Shown here one piece after another: positions 28,092 through 36,886 of a DNA stretch of 64,000 nucleotides. Under the pieces are notes generated by a model, which was given only the letters and a program-made list of their open reading frames with translations, had not been told where the DNA came from and did no database searches. Position 1 is the first letter of the stretch. Each line of letters begins with the position of its first letter. This DNA is from Planctomycetota bacterium (lineage in GTDB: Bacteria; Planctomycetota; UBA8108; SXIK01): contig CBDCXR010000004.1 in the NCBI GenBank assembly GCA_965223845.1, positions 6,080,001-6,144,000 on the forward strand. The letters are read 5' to 3'. The position numbers and the translations under genes were made by a program.

Positions 28092-30167
28092 CTAGCGAGC
28101 GACCGTTGTCTCGATGAGAAGACGAACGAGCGCCGAGACGTGCTTGGGTGAGGACGCCGTGAGAACGACGCCGGGATCCTTCGCGCTGCGCGCGAGTTGA
28201 ACCTCTCCGCGCGACTCGAACTCGCGGTGCTTGAGGATCTTCGCGTCGGCGAGCACGTCTCGCCCTTCGCAGATCGCGCCGACAACGTGCCCGCGCTGAA
28301 GAAACGCCTCGGTCAACTCGCGAGCCACGACGCCCGTGGGGCTCTTGTGCGTGAACTCGTGGATCTTGCCACCGACGAAGATCGCAGCGTCGAACTCGCT
28401 CGCTTCGACCGTTGCGAGCGAAACGGTCTCGAGGGGCCGATCCTTCTCGCTCTTCTTGCCGCTCGGCTTCGCCCAACCGGCTTTGCTCGAAGCGAGGACG
28501 ACCTCGAGAGAATGTTCGTCGAGCGCGGATGCGAGGGCTCGGTAGTCGGACGAGCTAAACTCCGCATGAGGGAGGACGACGAGGATTCTTCCGGGGCCTC
28601 CGTTTGCGAACTGCGCCGGATGTCCGATGGGCGGTGCCTTCGCGATCGGCGTTGCGGGCTCGGGTTCAGCCGCTGTTTCGGGGCTCGACTCGACCACCTC
28701 CCCGGCTTTGGCGTTGAGTGGAGCCGAAGCGTTTCCCGCGATCTCTCTCCACGCCAGTAGTGTGAGCGCAACGCCGAGCGCGAGGGCGGTGGCCGCGAGG
28801 ACTCGGCGCGGCGTGGAGTGCGCTTTGAGGGAAGCGAGCGCCGACGGCCGGCCGCCGGCGAGAACGGTTTCGAGGTCGTCCGCCGCTTCCTCCATCGAAG
28901 CGAATCGCGCCCCGGGATCCTTCGCGACCATACGGCGGAAGACCGCATCGAGCTCTTCGCTCGCGTCTCGGCGCACGCTCGAGAGCGCAGGCGCGCTTCG
29001 TTCTCGATGAGCCACGAGCTTCTCCACGACCGTTTCGCCCGCGTGAAGGGGCTTTCCCGTGAGGAGGTAATAGAAGGTGCAACCGAGACTGTAGATGTCC
29101 GACCGAGCATCAGCGTTGCGGGAATTGAGCGCCTGCTCGGGAGCCATGTAATCGACGGTCCCCATCACCGTGCTCGTCGTCGTCATGGACGCGTGGCTGA
29201 GCGCGTCCGGACTTCGATCGAGAAACGAATCGAAGCGGGCGAGACCCAGATCGAGAACCTTGATCGATCCGGAATCGTCGAGAAGCAAGTTGTGCGGTTT
29301 CACGTCGCGGTGAACGATTCCTTGTTCGTGTGCGTACTGGAGTGCGCGGGCGGATTCGATCACGAGCCGCAGCGTTTTCTCCAAGGGAAGGGGGCCCTCA
29401 GACGCGACGACCTTGGCGAGATCTCTTCCCTCGATGAGCTCCATCGCGAGAAAGTGGATTCCGCCGGACTCGCCGGCGTCGTGCGCGACGACGATGTTCG
29501 GATGGTGCAGAGTGGCGACCGCGCGCGCCTCGCGTTGAAATCGCTCGACGTGGTCGGGAGATCGACTGCCGGAAGGATGCAGTACTTTTAGGCAGACGAC
29601 GCGGCCGAGGCGGCGGTGTCGCGCTTTGAAGATGCGGCCCATTCCGCCCTGACCGAGCTTCTCGAGGACGACGTAGCTGCCGAGGACGAGCCCCTTCCAG
29701 CGGCCGTGCTTGAGAATCGTCGCTTGGAAGGGGGTTAGTCGTTGGCGCCGGGTGAGCTCGCGCACGAGAGAGTCGGTGTCGCCGTTGGGGAAGGACTCTT
29801 CGAGACGCTCGATTTCGTCCGAAGCGAGTAGGTCGCTTTTTCGAAGGCAGTCGAGAAACACATCGCGCTCGACGGGTTCGACGCGGGGTCGGCGGTCCGC
29901 CTCAGCGCGGGCTCCGTCGACGCCCACCGCGAGGTTCCCCGCCCGGTCGATGAGTCTCCCGAGCATGGACTCCGCCGCAGCGTTGAGAGCCGGGACCGGA
30001 CGACGGAGCGCGCTCACGAGGTGGTCGCTTCGCACGAGGAGATCGTCGAAACGCGCTTGGCAGTTCGGGCACCCGTCCAAGTGTCCCGAAACGGAGAGCG
30101 CTGCCGAGTCGTCTAGCTCTCCGGTCGCGTAACTCGTGAGCGTCGCGTGATTCGGACAGTTCGCCAT
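28092..30167 (-). CDS. Ser/Thr kinase with N-terminal zinc-finger anti-sigma motif, TM helix and C-terminal DJ-1/PfpI-like domain
   Basis: HLDGCPNC; GQGGMG, HRDVKPHN, DLG, GTVDYMAPEQ; TM segment; FDAAIFVGG...VGAICEG. Confidence 0.92.
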   Translation of the reverse strand: MANCPNHATLTSYATGELDDSAALSVSGHLDGCPNCQARFDDLLVRSDHLVSALRRPVPALNAAAESMLGRLIDRAGNLAVGVDGARAEADRRPRVEPVERDVFLDCLRKSDLLASDEIERLEESFPNGDTDSLVRELTRRQRLTPFQATILKHGRWKGLVLGSYVVLEKLGQGGMGRIFKARHRRLGRVVCLKVLHPSGSRSPDHVERFQREARAVATLHHPNIVVAHDAGESGGIHFLAMELIEGRDLAKVVASEGPLPLEKTLRLVIESARALQYAHEQGIVHRDVKPHNLLLDDSGSIKVLDLGLARFDSFLDRSPDALSHASMTTTSTVMGTVDYMAPEQALNSRNADARSDIYSLGCTFYYLLTGKPLHAGETVVEKLVAHRERSAPALSSVRRDASEELDAVFRRMVAKDPGARFASMEEAADDLETVLAGGRPSALASLKAHSTPRRVLAATALALGVALTLLAWREIAGNASAPLNAKAGEVVESSPETAAEPEPATPIAKAPPIGHPAQFANGGPGRILVVLPHAEFSSSDYRALASALDEHSLEVVLASSKAGWAKPSGKKSEKDRPLETVSLATVEASEFDAAIFVGGKIHEFTHKSPTGVVARELTEAFLQRGHVVGAICEGRDVLADAKILKHREFESRGEVQLARSAKDPGVVLTASSPKHVSALVRLLIETTVAR

Positions 30168-30263
30168 GGGGAGGACACACCCTCGTCGGCCGCCAGAATG
30201 AATTCAGTCCGAGGCGCGAAGCGCACCCCGGGATGAACGAAACGGCATAACGCGGACCGGTCG

Positions 30264-30896
30264 TCAATCGACGAGATCGCCGAGGATCGCGCGCAATCGT
30301 CGGCGAATGCGATAGTTCGCCTGGCGAATGGCTTGAGGCGTGCACTTGGCCGCGCGCGCGACGTCCACCGCGGATTTGCCTTCGACGACCACCTGCCAAA
30401 ACGCGGCCCAGTTTCGGGGACTGAATTCGCGACGGAGTTTCTTCAGCGCGCTTTGAACGACAATCGCGTTTTCATCCGCGATCGAGTCTTCGTCTTCGGC
30501 CCAGAGTGCGTCCCACCGATCGGTGGCGAGCGGGTCCGACAGATTCGCTAGTTGAACTTGTGCGTCCGTGCCGCCTTGCGCGATCGGTCGCTGGCTCTGG
30601 CGACGGAAATGATCGGCGATCTTCGACCGAACGATGCTGCGGAGCCAGCAGCGAAACGAACCGGCGGCGCGAGCGGGCTTGAATTCCCGGAGACCGGCGG
30701 AGACGGCGCGAAACGTTTCCTGGAAGATGTCGGCCGTGTCGTGGTCTTTCAGACCCGATCGCCTGCACCACCGATGGACGAGCGGGCCGTAGCATTCGAC
30801 GAGGCGGCGCCAGGCATCCTCGTCGCTCGACCGGGCGCGGGCGAGCAAGCTCAACGACGTGGGCGCGTTGTAGGGGGCGCCGGAGGGAGCAGCCAT
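30264..30896 (-). CDS. ECF RNA polymerase sigma-70 factor (kinase-associated type)
   Basis: TSLSLL, AWRRLVECYGPLVHRWC, DIFQETF, GSFRCWL, region 4 helix-turn-helix; directly upstream of the kinase. Confidence 0.92.
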   Translation of the reverse strand: MAAPSGAPYNAPTSLSLLARARSSDEDAWRRLVECYGPLVHRWCRRSGLKDHDTADIFQETFRAVSAGLREFKPARAAGSFRCWLRSIVRSKIADHFRRQSQRPIAQGGTDAQVQLANLSDPLATDRWDALWAEDEDSIADENAIVVQSALKKLRREFSPRNWAAFWQVVVEGKSAVDVARAAKCTPQAIRQANYRIRRRLRAILGDLVD

Positions 30897-31314
30897 GACG
30901 GTTCGCGAAGGCGCTAGTCGGGGGGAAGAGGAAGTGGGGCGCGAGGGGATCACCGCTCGCGCGGCGGGACGGTGGCGGGCTCGATTGCGCTCGAGCGTCT
31001 TTCGAATTGTACGGCCGAACTCCGCCGAGAAGGAAAACTGTTCGCCTCACGCCGCGAACGAATCGCTAAGTCCGGCAGCGCTCCCATCGACGGCGTGCGG
31101 CCTGTTCGGGTCGCAGCCGATGGCGAGAGCGGGTGGAGATCGTCCGTCACGCGATCGAGCCTCGGTCGAGTCGAGACGGGACGAGCGCGCGGGGCGAATG
31201 CTCTCTGCGGTGGCGTTTTCGGCTGCTTGGTCCCGCGATAGCCGGACGGAGTCCTCGGGCGTCTCCGACCGCTCGCGCCGAAGTGGAAAGTCCTCGGGAT
31301 CACCTCAAACTACC

Positions 31315-31336
31315 CATGCCGCCGGCCGGCGGCATG
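31315..31336. repeat. Perfect 22-bp palindrome upstream of the transposase
   Basis: CATGCCGCCGG|CCGGCGGCATG. Confidence 0.6.
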
Positions 31337-31467
31337 CCCGACCCATGTCCACCGACTTTCGTCCCGCGGCCGGTACCGGGCGGACGACCGAGACCAAGAG
31401 TCCGGTCCGACGCTCGAGAAACGCCGGGGCCGAGAGGGTAAGAACGTGAAGTGGGAGGGAAAGAGAA

Positions 31468-32382
31468 ATGCAGCCGAGGCCGGTCTTCCCGGGATCGACT
31501 TATCTGATGACACGTCGCTGCGCGCAGCGGCAGTTCTTGTTTCGGCCGGACGAGCGGGCAAATCAGACTGCGGTGTACTGCCTGGCGTACGCGGCGGCAG
31601 AGACGGGAGTCCAAATCCATGCGTACGTATTTCTATCCAATCACTATCACATGGTGGTCACGGATCCAGGCGGAAAGATCGTCGAGTTCACCCACCGATT
31701 GAACCTGCTGCTCGCAAGGTCGTTGAATGCGCTGCGAAACCGCCGCGACAGCGTTTTCGACTGTTCGCAGGCGAGTCGAGTCCGAGCCGCCGAGGCGGGT
31801 GACGTCTTGCGGCAGCTCGTCTACACGTTCTGCAATCCCGTCTCGTCGGGACTCGTCGCGGACGCGCGCGATTGGCCGGGGGCGAGGAGCGATCCGTCGC
31901 AGTTCGATACGACGATTCCGGCGACCAAACCGGGTTGGTTCTTTTCCGCGAAGATGCCGAATGTCATCGCGCTCGAATTGACACGCCCACCGTGCTTTCT
32001 CGAGCGGAGTCGCGAAGAGTTCATGGAAGAGTTGACTGAGGAGGTGAGAGAGCGGGAGGCGAATTGCCGCGCCGAGATCGAGAGCTCGAATCAGGCGTTC
32101 CTCGGGCGTCGACGCGCGCTGAAGCAAGATCCGGAAGGCTCGCCGCGGACGTACGCGAAGCGGTGGACGATCTCGCCGACGGTGCAGGCCCAGCGTCCCA
32201 AAGCGAGAGTGGAGGAGCTGGTCGCGCTGAAGACGTTTCGGCTGCGGTACCGCGAGGCGCTGGTCCAGTATCGAAATCGGATCAAGGATGTCGTGTTCCC
32301 CGCGGGAACGTACTGGATGCGTGTGTTCCACCTTCAGAGGTGTGAGCCTCTCATCTCCGGCGCGGTGCCCGCCGGACCCTAG
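31468..32382 (+). mobile_element. REP-associated tyrosine transposase (RAYT / Y1 HUH family) CDS
   Basis: YLMTRRC, HAYVFLSNHYH (HUH), catalytic Tyr in YTFCNPVSSGLV, followed by DWP. Confidence 0.88.
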
Positions 32383-32576
32383 AGATTCCGCCGGCTGAGC
32401 GGACGAGACGTCGCCGCGCGTGCAGCGAGCGGGCGCGGACGCAGAGGAGATCTGTCCCGAGATCGACTCTTCGGATTGAGAATCGCGGACGACTTGAATC
32501 TGGACGAGGTTCGCCGCTCGACAGCGCTCGAAACGGAGCAAAAACGAGCCCCCGAGTACCAAACCTCACCCCTTTT

Positions 32577-32705
32577 CCGACCCCGAACCCCGGTCTTCTT
32601 CAACTTTCCCGTATCTGACCGGGATTCGCTGGGAACGAACCCCGGTCGGGGAGCGGTCGAACCCCGGTCGGGGAGCGCGGTCGGGGAGCGGGGGGGCGGG
32701 GAGCG
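32577..32705. repeat. REP-like repeat cluster downstream of the RAYT
   Basis: CGAACCCCGGTC at 32584, 32636 and 32658; inverted near-copy at 32617-32628; GGTCGGGGAGCG at 32644, 32666 and 32679. Confidence 0.65.
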
Positions 32706-32712
32706 AGCGGGG

Positions 32713-34413
32713 CTACCGGGCGTCGAACCGGAGCGGTTTTCCTGGAGTCGCCCCGGTGTGGACCGCTCGTTCGAGCACGATCTCTCCGTTCACGAGGACG
32801 TACTCGATTCCGGTTGGATAGGAGAACGGCTCGAGATAGGTGGCGCGGTCCTTCACGCTCTTTGGATTGAAGAGCGTGATGTCCGCGAAGAAGCCTTCGC
32901 GGAGGAGCCCCCGGTCTTCGATTCCGAGCTTCGCGGCACAGAGAGACGTCATTTTTCGAACGGCTTCCTCGAGACGAAGTAGCCCTCGTTCTCGCACATA
33001 GATTCCGAGAACTCTCGGGAACGTGCCGAAATTACGAGGATGCGGCTTCCCGCGGCGAAGCGGCCCCTCGATCGCGTAGGCGGAGCCGTCGGAGCCGACC
33101 GCGCACCACGGCTGAGCGAGCGCCAGATTCATGTCGGTCTCGGTGTGGTGTGCATAGATCGTGCTGATCGAACCTCCCTCCTCCACGAGGAAATCGAACA
33201 GGACGTCAAACGGATCCGACGGCCGATCCCTTCCGCGGTTCCGTTCCGCGATGATGCGATCCATCGTCCACCCTTCGAACCTCTTATTGCGCTCGCTTAG
33301 ATTCGCGTTCACGAGCATGCGACTCCAGTCGCCGCCGACCGCACCGTAGTGGCTGTACCACCCCTCGACCCCCTCGAGCACGTCCGCGCGGATCCGCGCC
33401 CGCGCCTCCGGATCCCGCAGCCGCTCGAGAAACCGCTGTCTGCCTCCGTCGTGAGCCCACGGCGGAGCGATCGTCGCGAGGTTGTTGTTGCCCCGCGTGT
33501 ACGGGTAGACGTTCGCCTGCACATCGATACCGCGCCGCCGCGCCGCTTCGATCCGCGAGACGATCTCCGGCATTCTTCCCCAGAGCTGCTCCTCGGCGAT
33601 CTTGATGTGAATGATGTCGGCGGTGAGCTTCGCTCGCCCGGCGATCGCGATGATCTCGTCGACGGCATCGAGGACCAGCGATCCTTCGTTCCGAATGTGA
33701 CTCGAGAAGATCCCGCCTCGCTCGGCCACCGGTCTACAGAGCTCGACCAACTCGTCCGTCGTCGCCAGCAGCCCGGGCGGAACGGCGAGCATCGTCGAAA
33801 GACCGAAGGCGCCATCGGCCATCGCCTCGTCGATGAGGCGACGCATCGCCGCGAACTCTTCGCTCGATGGCCGCACGTGCGACTCTCCCATCACACACCG
33901 CCATACGTTCCCGAGTCCGACGTAAGTCGCTACGTTGATCGAAATCCCCGATCGCTCGAGCGCGTTCAGATAATCGGCCACCGTTCGGATCGTGACCGTA
34001 CGGCCATCGACGTCGACCTCGCGCGCCGGAAGCTTCCCTTTGAACGGCCCACCGGAGGAATCTTCACCGATCACGTCCGTCGTGACGCCCTGGCGAATCT
34101 TGCTCTGGGCGAATCCGTCCTCGAAGAGAAGCCAATCGGAATGAGAATGGTTGTCGATGAAGCCCGGCGACACGACGAGTCCCGTCGCGTCGATCGTCCG
34201 TTTCGCACGCGCGCCGTCGAGTCGTCCGATGCGAGCAATCCGATCCCCACGAATCCCGACGTCCGCGCGGCGCCACGGATTGCCGCTTCCGTCGACGACG
34301 CGACCGCCGTGAATGACAATATCGTAGTCTTCCCGGTCTTGGGCCCGGGTGGGGCGACCGACTCCCGCGCTGAGAACGATCAGTAGCCAGCCCCATACAA
34401 TCCGTGAACGCAT
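32713..34413 (-). CDS. N-acyl-D-amino-acid deacylase (D-aminoacylase, amidohydrolase family)
   Basis: GGRVVDGSG, PGFIDNHSHSD, SHIRNE, GSDG, PHPRNFGTFPR, GFFADITLF; signal peptide from ATG 34413. Confidence 0.92.
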   Translation of the reverse strand: MRSRIVWGWLLIVLSAGVGRPTRAQDREDYDIVIHGGRVVDGSGNPWRRADVGIRGDRIARIGRLDGARAKRTIDATGLVVSPGFIDNHSHSDWLLFEDGFAQSKIRQGVTTDVIGEDSSGGPFKGKLPAREVDVDGRTVTIRTVADYLNALERSGISINVATYVGLGNVWRCVMGESHVRPSSEEFAAMRRLIDEAMADGAFGLSTMLAVPPGLLATTDELVELCRPVAERGGIFSSHIRNEGSLVLDAVDEIIAIAGRAKLTADIIHIKIAEEQLWGRMPEIVSRIEAARRRGIDVQANVYPYTRGNNNLATIAPPWAHDGGRQRFLERLRDPEARARIRADVLEGVEGWYSHYGAVGGDWSRMLVNANLSERNKRFEGWTMDRIIAERNRGRDRPSDPFDVLFDFLVEEGGSISTIYAHHTETDMNLALAQPWCAVGSDGSAYAIEGPLRRGKPHPRNFGTFPRVLGIYVRERGLLRLEEAVRKMTSLCAAKLGIEDRGLLREGFFADITLFNPKSVKDRATYLEPFSYPTGIEYVLVNGEIVLERAVHTGATPGKPLRFDAR

Positions 34414-34598
34414 TGAGGCGCCCCCTCTCGAAGGCCATCGGCCGCTACACGCGCCGAGGCGGTCGGCGGACTCGCTCCGGCGGATCGGACACCGCCCTTC
34501 GGCGATCGCGATTCGAGACCGGTCGCGATCAGCTCGCGACACTCTTCTGATCAGTCGACTCCACGCGATTCCCGCGTGCGTCGAACGCTCGGGAAACG

Positions 34599-35372
34599 TC
34601 ACTGCCGGACGAACGAAACGTCGTCGAGAAACACTTCGCCCGATCCCCCCGCGACCGCTCCCGTCACGAATCGGAACAAGATTTCGGCTTCGCGCGCGCG
34701 CGGCGGAGCGACGAGATCCGAAATCGAAATCTGTTTCCACTCACCACTCCCGCCTCTGAAACCGGTCAGGCCGGTTCCCACGCCGAGATCGCTTCCGAGT
34801 CCGCTCACCCACTTCACCTCGTACTCCTGGACGTAACTGACGCCGTAGTCCATCTCCTTCGCCCAAAACGAAAGCTCGTATGTCTCTCCGCTCTCCACGT
34901 CGTTCACCGACTGCCGGAGGAGTCCTTCGCTCGGCGTCGCGCCGGCGTTCACGAGAAGCGAGTGCATGCTGAACGATCCGGTGCGCGCATCCGCGTCCGA
35001 TCGACCAGGCGGAAGGCTCGCGGCGACGAACCAATCCGTCGCACTCTCGCCCGTGCCCGCCTCGAAGCTTCCGTTTCGAACGATGCCCCGATCATCCGAA
35101 ACGAGAGCCCGGTTCGACGCGTCCGGCTGAGGCACCTCCGGAACCGGATCGGCGGGCTTCTGCGGCTCGCCGCGTTCGATCGCGGGTGCTTCGGACGGGC
35201 TCGACGGCGCGATTCGAGCGGGTTCACTGGCGCCCGGTTGAGCCGTCTCCGGTGACTCGGCGTCGCCCGGCGACTTCGAGCACGACGGCAAGAGCGCGGC
35301 AATCGAAGCTCCGAGAACGAGTCCTCGCGCAGTCAGCCGTAGAAGGGAGAACGTACGTTGGCCTCGGTTCAT
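34599..35372 (-). CDS. Lipoprotein with carbohydrate-binding (CBM4/9-like) domain
   Basis: Lipobox LPSC, Pro/Glu linker, VRNGSFE, GETYELSFWAK, VFLDDVSF. Confidence 0.75.
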   Translation of the reverse strand: MNRGQRTFSLLRLTARGLVLGASIAALLPSCSKSPGDAESPETAQPGASEPARIAPSSPSEAPAIERGEPQKPADPVPEVPQPDASNRALVSDDRGIVRNGSFEAGTGESATDWFVAASLPPGRSDADARTGSFSMHSLLVNAGATPSEGLLRQSVNDVESGETYELSFWAKEMDYGVSYVQEYEVKWVSGLGSDLGVGTGLTGFRGGSGEWKQISISDLVAPPRAREAEILFRFVTGAVAGGSGEVFLDDVSFVRQ

Positions 35373-35443
35373 GTCGACTCGAGCTTTCCTCATGGATGCG
35401 TTCCGCGACGGTGACGCGGCGGAGTTTCGTTCGTTCGCGCGCC

Positions 35444-36862
35444 TCACGCCAAGATCTCGCGGATCACCCGGCCGTGGACATCGGTCAAACGAAAATCTCT
35501 TCCCGCGTAACGATAAGTCAGCCGTTCGTGATCGAGTCCGAGCGCGTGCAGCATGGTGGCGTGAAGATCGTGGACACTCGTCCGGTTCTCGACCGCTCCG
35601 AACCCGAACTCATCGGTCGCACCGTATACGCGTCCACCTCGAATCCCTCCACCGGCGAGCCAGACCGTGAAGCCGTAGTGGTTGTGATCCCGACCGAGCA
35701 TCGGTTTTCCGTCGCCGGTCAGCTCGACCGTCGGTGTGCGCCCGAATTCCCCGCCCCAAAGGACGAGAGTTTCGTCTAGCATCCCTCGCTGCTTGAGATC
35801 GGTGAGGAGAGCGGAGATCGGCTGGTCGATTTCGGCCGCGAGCTTCCGGTGCGCCGATTCGATCTGCGTGTGATTGTCCCATGGCTGCCCGCCCCCGTGC
35901 CAGAGCTGGACATACCGCACTCCTCGCTCGAGCAATCTTCGCGCGATCAAGGTCTGACGCGCGTGGACACCCGAACCGTACATCTCGCGGATGGACGAGG
36001 GCTCGCGCGAAACATCGAATGCATCGGTGGCTTCCGTCTGCATTCGAAACGCGAGTTCGTACGACTGGATGCGCGCCTCGAGCCGATCGTCTAGTCGCCG
36101 AGTCTGGTGCCGCCGATTCCACCGCGCGAGAAGATCGAGCTGGCGTCGTTGGTCCGCCGTCCCGACGTGCGGATGCTCGATGTTCTCGATGAGTCGGCTC
36201 GGACTTTCGTACTTCGAATCGACGTACGTGCCTTGGTACGCTCCCGGGAGAAACGCGGCCTGCCAGTTTTCCGAGTCCTTAATCGGCAGCCCGTTCGGGC
36301 ACATCGCGATGAATCCCGGCAGATTCTGGTTTTCCGCACCGAGCCCGTAGAGAAGCCACGACCCGAAGCTCGGCCGTGCCTGCACGGAGTCTCCGCAGTT
36401 CATCAGCATGAGCGACGGCTCGTGGTTCGGCACCTGTGCATACATCGAGCGGATGACCGCGATGTCGTCGATGTGCTCGGCCGTCTTTCGAAAGAGGTCG
36501 CTCACCTCGATCCCCGATGCGCCGTATCGGCGAAACTCGAACGGTGACGGAAACGCGGCGCCGGTCTTGCGCTCGGTGGTTTGCGTCACCGACAGGAGCT
36601 TGCCCGCGTACTTCGCGAGAAGCGGCTTCGGATCGAAGGTGTCGACGTGCGACGGGCCGCCGTTCAGAAAGAACTGAACGACGCGTTTCGCTCTCCCGGC
36701 GTGATGCGACGGTCGTTCGGCAAGCGGACCCGTCTTCGGCGTCGCTCGGAGCTCCTCCGAAACTAGCGAAGAGAGCGCGAGCGATCCGACGCCGAGCGCT
36801 GAACGCGCCAACATCTCACGGCGATTGTAAGGAAACGGGTTGACTCGAGCGGAACTGTTCAT
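35444..36862 (-). CDS. DUF1501 family protein
   Basis: RREML, GGPSHVDTFDPKP, ERGVRYVQ, WDNH, GEFGRTP, GRDHNH, RLTDVHG. Confidence 0.94.
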   Translation of the reverse strand: MNSSARVNPFPYNRREMLARSALGVGSLALSSLVSEELRATPKTGPLAERPSHHAGRAKRVVQFFLNGGPSHVDTFDPKPLLAKYAGKLLSVTQTTERKTGAAFPSPFEFRRYGASGIEVSDLFRKTAEHIDDIAVIRSMYAQVPNHEPSLMLMNCGDSVQARPSFGSWLLYGLGAENQNLPGFIAMCPNGLPIKDSENWQAAFLPGAYQGTYVDSKYESPSRLIENIEHPHVGTADQRRQLDLLARWNRRHQTRRLDDRLEARIQSYELAFRMQTEATDAFDVSREPSSIREMYGSGVHARQTLIARRLLERGVRYVQLWHGGGQPWDNHTQIESAHRKLAAEIDQPISALLTDLKQRGMLDETLVLWGGEFGRTPTVELTGDGKPMLGRDHNHYGFTVWLAGGGIRGGRVYGATDEFGFGAVENRTSVHDLHATMLHALGLDHERLTYRYAGRDFRLTDVHGRVIREILA

Positions 36863-36886
36863 TGCGTCACGGGTGATGCGAGTACG

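Noticed and set aside
32577-32705. Possible CRISPR array
   Set aside because: Repeats are only 12-20 nt with irregular short gaps, no unique equal-length spacers and no cas genes.
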